DNA from: Adineta vaga
Lineage: Eukaryota; Animalia; Rotifera
Length of the DNA stretch: 64,000 nt
NCBI GenBank assembly: GCA_021613535.1
Contig: CP075494.1
Span: 15,748,001 to 15,812,000, forward strand
Reading direction: 5' to 3'
The translations under genes were made by a program, and so were the position numbers. Every line of letters begins with the position of its first letter. Positions within the stretch are counted from its first letter, which is position 1. The notes under the pieces were generated by a model. That model was not told where the DNA came from, ran no database searches, and saw only the letters and a list, made by a program, of their open reading frames with translations. Positions 38,855 to 50,581 of this stretch are shown here, piece after piece.

Positions 38855-40044
38855 CAGAACAATTAACATATCCTCGCAATAAGATGATTTCAATTACTTT
38901 ACTATTTCTTGTGATGCTCTTCTTTCTTCTCAATACTTTTGAGAATAGTATTTCGATCCTTATAAAAAACGACAATTTCTCAACTTTTTTTCTATGAATG
39001 AATGACTTTAATACTTTATTAATATACTACCTTGTAGAGAGCATCATGTGGTATAGTATACCGATAACATATTGCAATTTGTATAGATATCATCATCGCG
39101 ATAAAAAATGTAGTTGATAATAAGTAACTCATTTTTACGATACTGTCTAAACACTATAACGATCGAACACTTTCTTTTCTCTTGATAGACACAAGTGTAT
39201 ATTAAAAAAAATCTAATCCTTACTGTAAGTGCAAATCAAACAATATCTTTATTCAGATGCATGTGTTATAACAGACGATTGTTCATTATCTGTGCATAAA
39301 ACGACCGATACAAAAATATAAAGCAGCATACATGCATACACTTGATACAATTCTTTCTATACAGTCTTAAATCAAATATATTGAGTATCTTGTCTTCTCA
39401 CGTACACATAGAACGAAAAAAAGAAAACAGCTTTACATACAAATACATTCTATTCTCTTTGGTATCGTATTTGGTTCAGTCATTTAAACAAATATATGTA
39501 CTGTGGACGATGTATCAATACATGATCCAAAGAATATTTTGGCTTACATGTGAGTATATGAATATATCAATGACAACATTTGATCAACAATCAGCGCAAG
39601 AAGTAATTCTTTGAGATTGTGTACAAAATGATTGTTATACAAACTTAAGAAGAAATCTCATATTTATAGTCAGAATCGGTATAGTTAATAACCTACAATC
39701 CGATAAGTTTTATATAAAAAGTGACTGATCAGTTGGTATCGTTACATCATGAATCATTGATTATTTTCTATGAAGTTTAATTGTCGTCAAAGAATTAAAG
39801 TACTTTGATCGTAGAAATGAATCAGTTTTGTATTCAAAATGCATAAGCAAAAAATATCGAAAAGAAAGATCCAGATACACTATCTTGTCGATGTTGTATT
39901 TGCCAGAATAAACTTGAAATGAAGTGAGCAAACATTATCCCTTCGTTTGAACCAGATAATAACATGTCGCTTCCAAAAGTAATTCTCAAATTGCCTCATT
40001 CGTCTTCTTCATTTGCATGGCTCTTTTTGTGATATTAAGAGTAT

Positions 40045-40782
40045 TTGAATAAATTCTTGTTTTCTATAGGCTTTCAATATGTAACTATATATATTCATGT
40101 TTGTTTTTTCATAGTATTTTACAATTACTACTGCACAGCTCATCGTTTTCAATTGCCTCGCCGTCTCTTTACACATGATTTTGGCGATCATTTGACTTTA
40201 TATGATAAATCCAATTCTACAAAGCCATTAACCTTGGATATTCGTTTACGTTATACATGGTGGGGTGAAGATCGACTAGTTATTATAAATCCGTTACAAC
40301 CTAAAAACGTTCTTTACAAAGTTATTTGTCAACCTAAGGACTATTGTCGCATCCTTGGCTGGACTATAGATCGAACAAATGTCACTACTCTGACTTCTAT
40401 TAATACGATATCATGGTATTTATATTCAACGCGTGATGATCCCAACTTTTACGACCAACAAAAGCATAATGAAACTGGTGATAGAATCAAACGGCAGAGA
40501 TTATTGAAACAATCTCTTTTAATTTCAACAGATTTATACGACAATATTTTCAATGTTACTTTCTATCCTAGAGAGAAAAAGTACACAATTGCTCATAGCA
40601 GAGGTCAAATTCTAGCTGAGATCAGTCATTTTGATCCTTGTATACGACAAACAGATCGTCATGATGATTATTCGTTGGATATATTGGAAGATATAATTCC
40701 AAAAGTTGATCCGGCATTTCTTATCAGTATCTCCATTATGATCGACTATATTGATTGGTCATATTTTTTACCGGGAATTTAA
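40045..40782 (+). CDS. LURP-one/Tubby-C-terminal-like protein 2 (5' end uncertain)
   Basis: KYTIAHSRGQILAEISH...DDYSLDI...VDPAFLISISIMIDYI C-terminal signature; hydrophobic N-terminal segment; the ORF start is TTG, so the true start is unresolved. Confidence 0.65.
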   Translation: MNKFLFSIGFQYVTIYIHVCFFIVFYNYYCTAHRFQLPRRLFTHDFGDHLTLYDKSNSTKPLTLDIRLRYTWWGEDRLVIINPLQPKNVLYKVICQPKDYCRILGWTIDRTNVTTLTSINTISWYLYSTRDDPNFYDQQKHNETGDRIKRQRLLKQSLLISTDLYDNIFNVTFYPREKKYTIAHSRGQILAEISHFDPCIRQTDRHDDYSLDILEDIIPKVDPAFLISISIMIDYIDWSYFLPGI

Positions 40783-41491
40783 TTTGACTATAAATGTAAT
40801 TTATAGACCTTCTCAAATATTTAATATTACTGTAATCTTATTTACTGAAATGCAAGACTAATATATTCGACGCAATTTATTCAATAAATAAAACTCTTGA
40901 AACTTCAGACAAATATATATAATGCAAAAATGTTAAAATACTGGAGAAAAACGTGTTTGAGAGTGTGAGGGTGTCATCTGTTAATGCACATCTCCACCAT
41001 CTATACTCTCGTAATTTCATATGTTTATCTTTTGTATCAATTTTTACATTCAGTGCTTACATTCTTGAAGATAAAACACTAGATTAGATATACTAGTGTT
41101 TTCAAGCACAACGTATTAAAAGTATATCGGCCTAGAGTTTTATGATCAATCATTGATGTAAACAAATATTTTCTTTTCATAATCCAGATAAAAGATTAAA
41201 CTATGTATGAAAAAACAGCATCTTTTTGTGGCACAGTTTTTATTCTTTTAATTTCGTTTATTATTTACAAGCAATATACCATAAAATACAACAAGCTCTG
41301 TGCTTTCTAACGATGTATTGATTATTGAAAAATGGGTGCACTAAAGAATTTAAAATTTAAAAATACATAAGGAGGCACCAATTGACGTTTACGATATTTA
41401 AAAGCTATGAAAAAAGTTACAATCAATGGTAGAGAGAAGAGAAAAAAATACCAGGGAACTACGTGTGGATCAATGTTCATTTTTGTTTGTA

Positions 41492-42124
41492 TCAATTGCA
41501 ATATTTACGTTTCTCCTTGATACTCTCTGGATACATATATTTGTCCATAGCAAGACTCAATGCGATTAAAAATACCCTGATATCCTTGTAACCACTATGT
41601 ACCTCCACTGTGAATGTATCATTGGCACTTTCATGACGTATACGTATATTGCGAATTCGAGCAACCACTTCACTACTATTCTTCAACAATATGTTGAATG
41701 CGAAGAGTAATGGGTCAACACATTCAATAATTAGTTGTTCTCGACGAGGCGAAATGAAAGTAAAAGGTCTTCCGTTAGATCCCATTGGATATTTGATAAC
41801 TTGAGTCTTGTTTGTTTTTCCTTCCACAAGAGTGACAGAAGTACCACCTTTTGGAGAAGCACCATAACACTCACTTTGTAACATATATAAAACGTGTGTT
41901 TTGAAGGTAATCGCAATAGTTGGCTTACGTTGAAGTCGGACAAGGTGTTTTCGAATTTCGTATATGGGTTTGTACGATCCATCTAATACTGGCTGATCAA
42001 TCCATGCACTAACTGCTCCGTGCGGAATATGGTAAAAGTCGAAGGTTGGACGACATGTTGAGGACTGAGCAGTAACAGGAACTGCAAGTACACTCATTGT
42101 GATTATATGGAGTAAAATATTCAT
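41492..42124 (-). CDS. LURP-one/Tubby-C-terminal-like protein 3, signal-peptide-like N-terminus
   Basis: FNILLKNSSEVVARIRN...DTFTVEVHSG.KDIRVFLIALSLAMDKY; N-terminus MNILLHIITMSVLAVPVTA. Confidence 0.65.
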   Translation of the reverse strand: MNILLHIITMSVLAVPVTAQSSTCRPTFDFYHIPHGAVSAWIDQPVLDGSYKPIYEIRKHLVRLQRKPTIAITFKTHVLYMLQSECYGASPKGGTSVTLVEGKTNKTQVIKYPMGSNGRPFTFISPRREQLIIECVDPLLFAFNILLKNSSEVVARIRNIRIRHESANDTFTVEVHSGYKDIRVFLIALSLAMDKYMYPESIKEKRKYCN

Positions 42125-42352
42125 AGTGTAAAATAGACAAAAAACTGTTACAAACTTGCCAAAAGTTAGTAGTAGAATTTAGTAAGAATACAGATACATC
42201 TGAAGTATTTAAATATGTTTCGTATGTATTCTCCTTATCTTCCCATCTAACTCATATCATGTTACTTATGAGAAGGTCGCCCAATATTTCTATTAATTAC
42301 GTCTAGCGAAAAGTAACAAAATGTTGAAAAAACAATATGTCAAACATTGAAA

Positions 42353-42393
42353 ATAAATAACGCTCGTCGAGGGGGCCTCACTTAACCCTCGAC
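42353..42393 (+). repeat. 41-bp repeat (left arm of an inverted pair with 49072-49112), internal GTCGAGG...CCTCGAC hairpin
   Basis: 36/41 identical to the reverse complement of 49072-49112. Confidence 0.85.
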
Positions 42394-44191
42394 CGATTTT
42401 AATATCATGTTACATCTATCAAAATCTATACGATGTTGTTCGTTCTGCGGTCGGTCGCCGGCGTCCCTACGATTCGCCACTCTCGGCTGCTCAAGTGAGG
42501 AAATCGCATGTATGACTGCATACAATTGTAAACAATTTCCTCTTTAACTACGCATCGACTATTTAAAGACAAGTAACATGTAAGTAACAGCTTATCGTAT
42601 TCCAGTAATGCGCGTTGAGAAAGGATAAGTCCGCATCCGCATCAGTTTCCAACACTATTTAGTCGCACTCAAATATTTCCACCTTCGACCGTAAACATAA
42701 CGAACAGTAAGATCGAACACAGAAGCGCGTAACTAGCTCGTACTGATGGGTAAAGCAATATTTTCTTATCCTACTCTTGATTTTTATTGTTTACGATCGT
42801 TTTGTAGAAAATGCTCTTTTATGACTTTTGACTCTCGACGCTAACACACACACATACATACAAACTATTTTTTATCATATGACTCTCTCTTCAGTCGAGG
42901 GAAAAAAAAATTGAATTACGATCAAATTATATTTGATACTAATAAGTATTGGATATAGATAAACGCAGTGAAAAGAAATGATGATTAGAACTGATTAAAT
43001 ATTGAATATTCTATAGTCAAAATCAAGATAGCAACATCCGATTTTTCAGCACCACAGTTGACACTATTATCGAATAGATCCGTTGTTTTGGAACATTATA
43101 ATTAGATTATAATTCATTAAATCGGATTCTAATCAAAAATAAATTCGGTTTTGGTGTACAAAAGTACGTAAGATATCCTAGGTCAGAATTCGAATATTTC
43201 TAGAATGGATTCGAGTCGTTAATAGTTTCAACTCAACTGACTAAGATTCTACTAATCACTTTTGAGATAGACTCTTTTCATACCCACCCACAGTAGTAGA
43301 TGCGCCGTCAAAAACGCTATAATTTACATAAAATCACTTCTTTCATTTTCCCTGCTTTTTGTTTTAAAAAGGAGAAAAATTCAGCCAATGACAAAAAATT
43401 GTTTAGCGATTTCAAAAGCTTTTCTTTCCAAAAACATTTCTAGGTGATAAAAACATTGGATTATAACAAGCAGCACTCATCCTTTGGACTAGCTGACCAT
43501 TTTCTGAAAGAATTATAACAGTTCCCAGAATATTTAGATACTTCGAATAACAAGAGGCCCGACGCAAACCTTGATAGACCTTTTTACTTTGTTTTACATC
43601 GTTGAATGAGTGAACATTAAATGCTTTTCATTGAACATTAAAATTGTTTTCTATGCAAATAAATGTTTCACTTATTCAAGATGATTTATCTCATAATACG
43701 TCAATCGTATTGGTTAATCCAGTTTTATCGTTAATTCATTTTTTCTGTCTGTTTGGGATCTTAGAGTTTATTTCCTGTTATTTATTTCGAATGTAATTAA
43801 CCAAAATGAACAGGAGTGAAAAAGAAGAAATGGCTAAAAGTAGATACATGTATACAGATAGGAAAGACAAAGCGATAGACGAGATGATATCATCTTTACA
43901 AAGACTAACCTTTAGAGAAAAAGAGACGGTAAGAAAAATGTAAGACATATTCCGTCACAGTCAAACTGAATGAACATGACTCGTGTGTCTAATGAATGAT
44001 TGATTACATCATCGTTCCATTTCAATTTTTTTCTCAATTATTTTCGGTCTTCAAGTGTGTATTTATTGTTATCTTTTCCACAGACAAATTCATAAAATAA
44101 CCCATTCAGTACTAAATAAGTTTTGTTTCATTTGTGTTTTTTAATAAAAACATTCTTTCATATCTATAGTCTATATCATTTATTTATTATC

Positions 44192-45244
44192 ATGTTTGCA
44201 TGGAGACGATTATTACTTCTCATCATTAGCTGCATCGTTTCATTGATTTATGCTCGTCCATTGCAGAATAATCGAACATTTGGTCCATTTAATCGTTCTC
44301 AATTTTCTCAGATCAATGATTTTGACATACAAGAAATCGATATTGGAAATTTACCTGAGATTTTACCCAATATTACACGAATTATTGAACATAATTTAGA
44401 ATTAATTGAATTACCAATTGGTACTGTTCTTCACAAATCTATGCAAGTTCCATCAACTGGTCTTCTAAATCAAACTGATGTTCAAAATATTTATGCGGCA
44501 AAAAATTCTTGGTTATCAAATTTAAGTGGAGCTCAACAATATGTTAATTGGGGATATGGAAATATAATTCATTTTGAAGTAATTAAAAAATTGAAATTAT
44601 TCGATATAACAAGTCATTCCAATTGGCAGTTTATTTGGTCTAAAATGAATGAACAATTAGTAACACTTCATAAACAAAAACTTTCTTTAAATACAACGAT
44701 TAAAGCACAAAAATATCTTCAACAAGAAATCAATCAATTGATATTTCAACAAAAAATTCTTCAATTAACTATAGGATATGAAATAATTTGGAAAGAACAA
44801 ATACAATTACTTCTTTATTATGGTGATATTATTACAAATGATTATTCTTATCATCCAGTAGATGAAATTAAAAAACGTTCTTGTCATCCGGATGATTGGT
44901 TTAGTATTAATAAACGACCAACGATATTAAAATCGAAAACAACAACATTTGGTGGAAGAAAACAGGATTTAAATCGAGTGAGTTTTACAACAGCATTAGA
45001 TAATATCATGGCAGATATAATTACACAATTTGTAAATGTTGATGGTTATTATAGTAGTGAATTTCCAAGTTTATTTCATAAAAATGGTTTGATGACTCCA
45101 GAAATTGCTATTCATGTTCCTCGAGATTCATTAAAAATTATTGAGAAAAAATGTCGAAAACAATTTTATCCATGTGGTTCACAATGTTATCGACGAAATG
45201 AATATGAATGTTATCCTGGTGGAATACTTTATTCTATTTATTAA
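44192..45244 (+). CDS. Secreted protein: putative ADP-ribosyltransferase/RES-like fold + C-terminal fungal-type Cys carbohydrate-binding (CBM52/Carb_bind-like) motif
   Basis: Signal peptide MFAWRRLLLLIISCIVSLIYA; LPIGTVLHKS, WLSNLSGAQQY, IHFEVIKKLKLFDI, VDGYY, FH....PEIAI; tail CGSQCYRRNEYECYPGGIL; intronless. Confidence 0.6.
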   Translation: MFAWRRLLLLIISCIVSLIYARPLQNNRTFGPFNRSQFSQINDFDIQEIDIGNLPEILPNITRIIEHNLELIELPIGTVLHKSMQVPSTGLLNQTDVQNIYAAKNSWLSNLSGAQQYVNWGYGNIIHFEVIKKLKLFDITSHSNWQFIWSKMNEQLVTLHKQKLSLNTTIKAQKYLQQEINQLIFQQKILQLTIGYEIIWKEQIQLLLYYGDIITNDYSYHPVDEIKKRSCHPDDWFSINKRPTILKSKTTTFGGRKQDLNRVSFTTALDNIMADIITQFVNVDGYYSSEFPSLFHKNGLMTPEIAIHVPRDSLKIIEKKCRKQFYPCGSQCYRRNEYECYPGGILYSIY

Positions 45245-45679
45245 AAATTGTAATTGTTTGTTCTAAAATACAAATATTTGGTAGAATAAGATTTGAATGT
45301 ATAGGCGAGAACGTGATTGTCGCTTTTCAACTAAATAGTTAACTGTGACTTTTCGATTTGCATCAATTGAAAATGAAAAGAAATGATTTGTAATGATCAA
45401 ATTCTAGAGAAGACTTTTAATCAATCAGTATACAGATATTCTCCAATAAATACAAATTTAGAATATGAAATAAATCATATAATTATCATTATGTCAATAA
45501 ACTTCACTTTTGCACTAAACCGTGTGTGAAGTTCATTTTTCTGATTTCTATATTTAATATTAACTCATAAAGATAACAGGTAGATATGATAAAGAACGGA
45601 TTTTTCTCTATATTATTATCATATATATGTTTTATAAACGTTAACACATTTTTTTTCTTACTTAGTTTGTTCTATTAGA

Positions 45680-47851
45680 ATGAATGTTATGTCCGATAAT
45701 ATCTATCATGAACCGTTGCCAAAAGTAAAAGATTGGATAACAAATAAAATAAATAATCCAAAGAAACAAATGAAAAATTATTTTCTTTCATTTTTTCCAT
45801 TTTTAACTTGGATTTATCGATATAATTTCGTATGGTTTACAAATGATATTATTGCTGGTCTTACAATTGGTGCTATTGTTATACCTCAAGGTATGGCTTA
45901 TGCTGGATTAGCTAAATTAGCACCACAATTCGGTCTATATAGTTCATTTGTTGGTGTTATGATCTATTGGCTTTTTGGGACAAGTAAAGTAATATTTTGA
46001 TATATAGAAATACTAAATGAACGTTCCTTTGAATAGGATATTACTATTGGACCTGTAGCTGTTATGTCAATATTAACAGGAAGTATTATCGATGATATTA
46101 ATAAAACTCATCCTGAATATCAATTACATGTAATTGCCTCTGCACTTGCTCTTCTTGTTGGATGTATTGTTTGTGCATTTGGAATATTTCGTCTTGGTTT
46201 TATAGTTAATTTTATTCCATTACCAGCCTTATCAGCATTTACAACAGGATCAGCATTGAATATTGCTATGGGACAAATTCCTACAATGATGGGAAATAAT
46301 AAATCATTCAGTACACAACAATCAACTTTTCTTATTTTTATTAATTTTTGGAAAAATATTAAATATTGTGATTTAAATGCTGCTCTTGGTTTATCAGCAT
46401 TAGTTCTGGTTTATTCTATTCGATTTTTTTGTACTTATGCTATTCGACGTTATCCACGTTATGAAAAAATCTTTTTCTTTATTAATACACTTCGTTCAGT
46501 ATTTGTTATCTTAATTTATTTATTTTGTTCATGGTTAATTAATCGAAATAATCCATCACAACCACGAACATCACTTCTTGGTACAATTCCACGTGGTTTT
46601 CAAAATATGGCTGTACCATATTTAGATCAAAAACTATTTTTACAATTAATAAAATATTTACCATCAGCTGCTATTGTTCTTGTTATTGAACATATTGCTA
46701 TTGCAAAATCTTTTGGTCGAATTAATAATTATGTTATAAATCCAAATCAAGAATTGATTGCAATTGGTATGACAAATATCTTTGGTTCATTTTTTGGTGC
46801 TTATCCAGCAACTGGTTCATTTTCTCGAACAGCAATTAAATCTAAAGCAGGTGTTCGAACACCATTAGGTGATGTTATGACTGGTATTATGATTATTTTA
46901 GCTATTTATGTTTTAACACCAGTTTTTTTCTGGATTTCAAAAGCAAGTCTTTCTGCTGTTATTGTTCATGCTGTTGGTGATTTAATTGTTGGACCAAATA
47001 CTTTAAAAAGATTTTGGCAAATTAATCCATTTGAATTTTTTATCTTTTGTATTAGTGTTATTGTAACGATATTTTCAAGTATTGAATATGGAATTTATGT
47101 TGGGATTTTGATGTCATTGATTCTTTTACTTTATCGTATTGCTAAACCACAAGGACAATTCCTTGGTCAAATTCAATTAATTTCAGAGAATTCAATGAAA
47201 CGAAATGTGTTTATTCCAGTGAATCATTCGGATGGAACAAATCCAATAATAAATCCAGTTTTATCGAATGATGGAATTATTATTTTTCGAATTCATGATG
47301 ACTTTCTTTATCCAAATGCTGCAAATTATATGGAACAATTAGTAAAACAAGTTTTTAAGAAAACTAAAAGTGGAAAATCTTCTCATTATAATAGTCTGAG
47401 TGAACAACCTTGGAATTTAATAACAAGTCGTCATCCAGAAAAAGAATATCAACTAAATGATACTCGTCCTCAATTACATGCAATTATTCTTGATTTTACT
47501 GGTGTTTCACATATTGATGTAACTGCTTTACAAAATCTTGTTGATATTCGTCGACAGTTAGATAATTATGCAAATTCAAAAGTCAATTGGCATTTTGTTG
47601 GTTTATCAAATCCATGGATTAAACGTGCACTTCTTTCACGTGGTTTTGGTTCGTCAGATTCGACTAAAACAAATATTTCAATGGTAAATATACAAAGAGA
47701 AAATGATTTAACAAGTAATCCTGTTCCAGTTCCAATCCTTGATATAGATCGTCCATTATTTCATATTGATATCGAGGAAGCTTATCGAGCAGCTATTACT
47801 AGTCTTTCAACACATCAAAATAGTGACAATTCAGTTATGACAGTATTTTAA
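45680..47851 (+). CDS. SulP/SLC26 sulfate permease with STAS domain, fungal SUL1/SUL2-type
   Basis: DIIAGLTIGAIVIPQGMAYA, FGTSK/DITIGPVAVMS, EHIAIAKSFGRINNY, TAIKSKAGVRTPL, AIILDFTGVSHIDVT, WHFVGLSNPWIKRAL, RPLFHIDI; single 48-nt intron 45989-46036. Confidence 0.93.
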
Positions 47852-49071
47852 TTTATATCAAACAATAAAATCATGCGTATCAAATATATCTGAAGTTAAG
47901 AGAAACGAAATTATAACGCATCACACTCTACCAGATAATATTTTCTATTAAAATTTGCATATCAATAGCTCTTGTAATTTTATGTTCTTCCTTTTTACAA
48001 CTGTGAATGTGATTAAACGATTAGAATAAATAAAATAGTTCTCTCATCACTCACATTGTATTTTCAAGATGTAATAATCAATACAACATCAAATGTTATT
48101 AAAAGTGCATTTTGTTTTTGGGAAAATGGATTCTGTATGCTAATTCACATTTATTTATATAAAAAAAAAAACAGTTTTCTTTTAATATTATTCTTATAGA
48201 TAATACAAATTGTATGTTTATTGATATTTTTGATCATCCTACGAAATGTGCAATGGTAACAACATTGAACGTTTCTGTCAAATATATACTCTTCGTCCAA
48301 TACTCTATACAATAATTTCGAGTTTATTTATCAATCATTTTTGTGATGAATTTCATATTTACTGTATATTTTCATATTTGGCAACTAATGTTTGCTACAA
48401 CTGGATGCGAATCAAATAAACTTCCATTGATTTCATCGAAATTTTATCGAATATGGTTAGGTATAACAGGGTGTGTGGGTGAATACAAGAGACCCACCAA
48501 CACCCACACCCTCAAGATGGCTACAGAAGCTATAAAAATATTTGAGACGTTTAAGTGTGAAGCCGTAGTTTATTTATAGGCATATATATTTATATATATA
48601 TATGTATTAATGTGTATTGTATGTATGTGCCTATTGGATTTTAGTTCAAATTTTGAAACAGTGTACTCTTAACGAGAAAGAAAGCCACATAGCATGTACG
48701 AATTTATGCTGGTGCCATCAAAATGCTATGGTAGGTGTATGAAGCCTATATTAACCTGCTTCTTTCATTCAGTATGGAATAGATTAGCAGTAAGCATGTG
48801 AATATATGATATTTTCATCAGTTTCTTCGACGCTCCAAACACATCTTCATTTGAAGAACAGAAAGTAATGCAGAAATTTGCTCCAACATTTGAAACAACA
48901 GCGAGCAGTGATTTGTCATATAAGATTTCAAAAGGATGCTGAAGTTTTTACAGTTTGTATGAAATACTCCTCACTGACAGTGTGACACATCTTTTCATGA
49001 GACTGCGCACAACGGCAGCTTTTAAAGCGCACTCACAGAAGACATAATGTAGGCTGATCAATGAGAATTCA

Positions 49072-49112
49072 GTCGAGGGTCAAGCGAGTCAGCCTCGACG
49101 AGCGTTATTTAT
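49072..49112 (-). repeat. 41-bp repeat (right arm of the inverted pair with 42353-42393)
   Basis: See 42353-42393. Confidence 0.85.
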
Positions 49113-49308
49113 GAAATTATAAGGCAGAAATTTTCGGACTAGTGCATATTTCCTTTTTTAAAGTCGATTTATCCGTCTCTGTATTTCTGCCTATATTTGA
49201 AAAATCTATTGATTAGTTCCTCTTGAAAATGACGTGAAGAATAACTACCCCAAGCGTTTATAAAATTTAAAAAAAGTTCGATCCAAAATATTCTTGTCTG
49301 TTGGAGCG

Positions 49309-49848
49309 CTAAGCAGCTTTCTTCTTCGGTGATTCGAATGCTTTGGACGCGTTCTTAGCAAGAACCTGAAGAATAATCAAAGCAAATAACAGCGCTGCAA
49401 TAATGGCATGACTGTAAGCAAGCTGTTGCAAATAGCCTTCTCTTGCAATTCTATCGGCCTTAGTGGTTTTGAACAACGATTCACGATAGACATTGATCCG
49501 AAAGATGAAAATACCCATCATGGCTAAGACAAGTGGTGCACTGATCATGTCGTAGATGCTGCGTTTAATGTTTTTGAGCATGATTAGAATGCCGATCGTA
49601 GTAGGGATCGTTGTCAGTAGCATCATGTACCACGGTTGCTCAGATACATTGCGATTGAACGCAGTACAAGTCTCGATTTGAGCCGACGTCATGGATGAAC
49701 TGACGAAAACATAGTGATCGCAGAACATGTCGATTGCAATAAGACCTAGATTTAAACATATACATACAGATATTTGCGGAATATGAAAGTGTCAGTCAGA
49801 AATCTTCCTACCTAGTGTAAACGAGAGTGTGCACAAGACAAATGTCAT
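49309..49848 (-). CDS. Shr3-like 4-TM ER membrane protein
   Basis: Exon 1 MTFVLCTLSFTL G/ joins GLIAIDMFCD; pattern SF.LG....D, D..S..L, RE..L..LA.S..II..LL....LQ; C-terminal KKAA dilysine ER-retrieval motif. Confidence 0.55.
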
Positions 49849-50581
49849 CTTTCCAGTTGAAAGAATTGAATATCTAGAAAAGAGCGATTCGAAGGATATT
49901 AGAAGAAAAGAGAAAAACGAAAAGGTGAATTATTTGTATGACACGTAGTACTTCTTGCTCGGATCTGATTCGACTTATACTTTCTATATTTCTTTCATAT
50001 TTCAGTCGATTTTCCAATTTTGATTACATGTTAACAGAGCCCTTGAAAGCTCTAAAAAAATACATAAATACTGACTAAAATATATGGAACGGATAGAAGA
50101 TATCAGAAAATATAGGATCAATCGGACCCTAGATTTCCTAACTAGTATTCGCTCTTTCAGATACACCAAGAATAACGAAGAAATCTGATATTCATCTAAC
50201 AGCCACGTCACCACAATACACTGATCTACAGTACAGGAAAGAAAAAATTTTTCAAGATTGTGAAATATGATGCTTTATGAATCGATAATTAGAAGATGTG
50301 GCTGAAACGAGATATGAGAAAATGTATTAATACGGAAAAGAACTGAATATGTCTACAGCGAAAAAGTCTATAATTACTACGATGAATAATTAGATTGCGA
50401 AGTGAAGAGAAAGAGCGAGGAAAGATGAACATCTTTGACCAGTTTCTTTTATAGAAGAGGATTTAAAGCGCATCAACTGACACATAAACAATTACATTTG
50501 ATTATATAAGCAGAAGCTGATGATTTTCTTTAAAGGAATTTTTGTTTCTACTACAAAAAAAAAGAAGTCGAATGATCGAAG

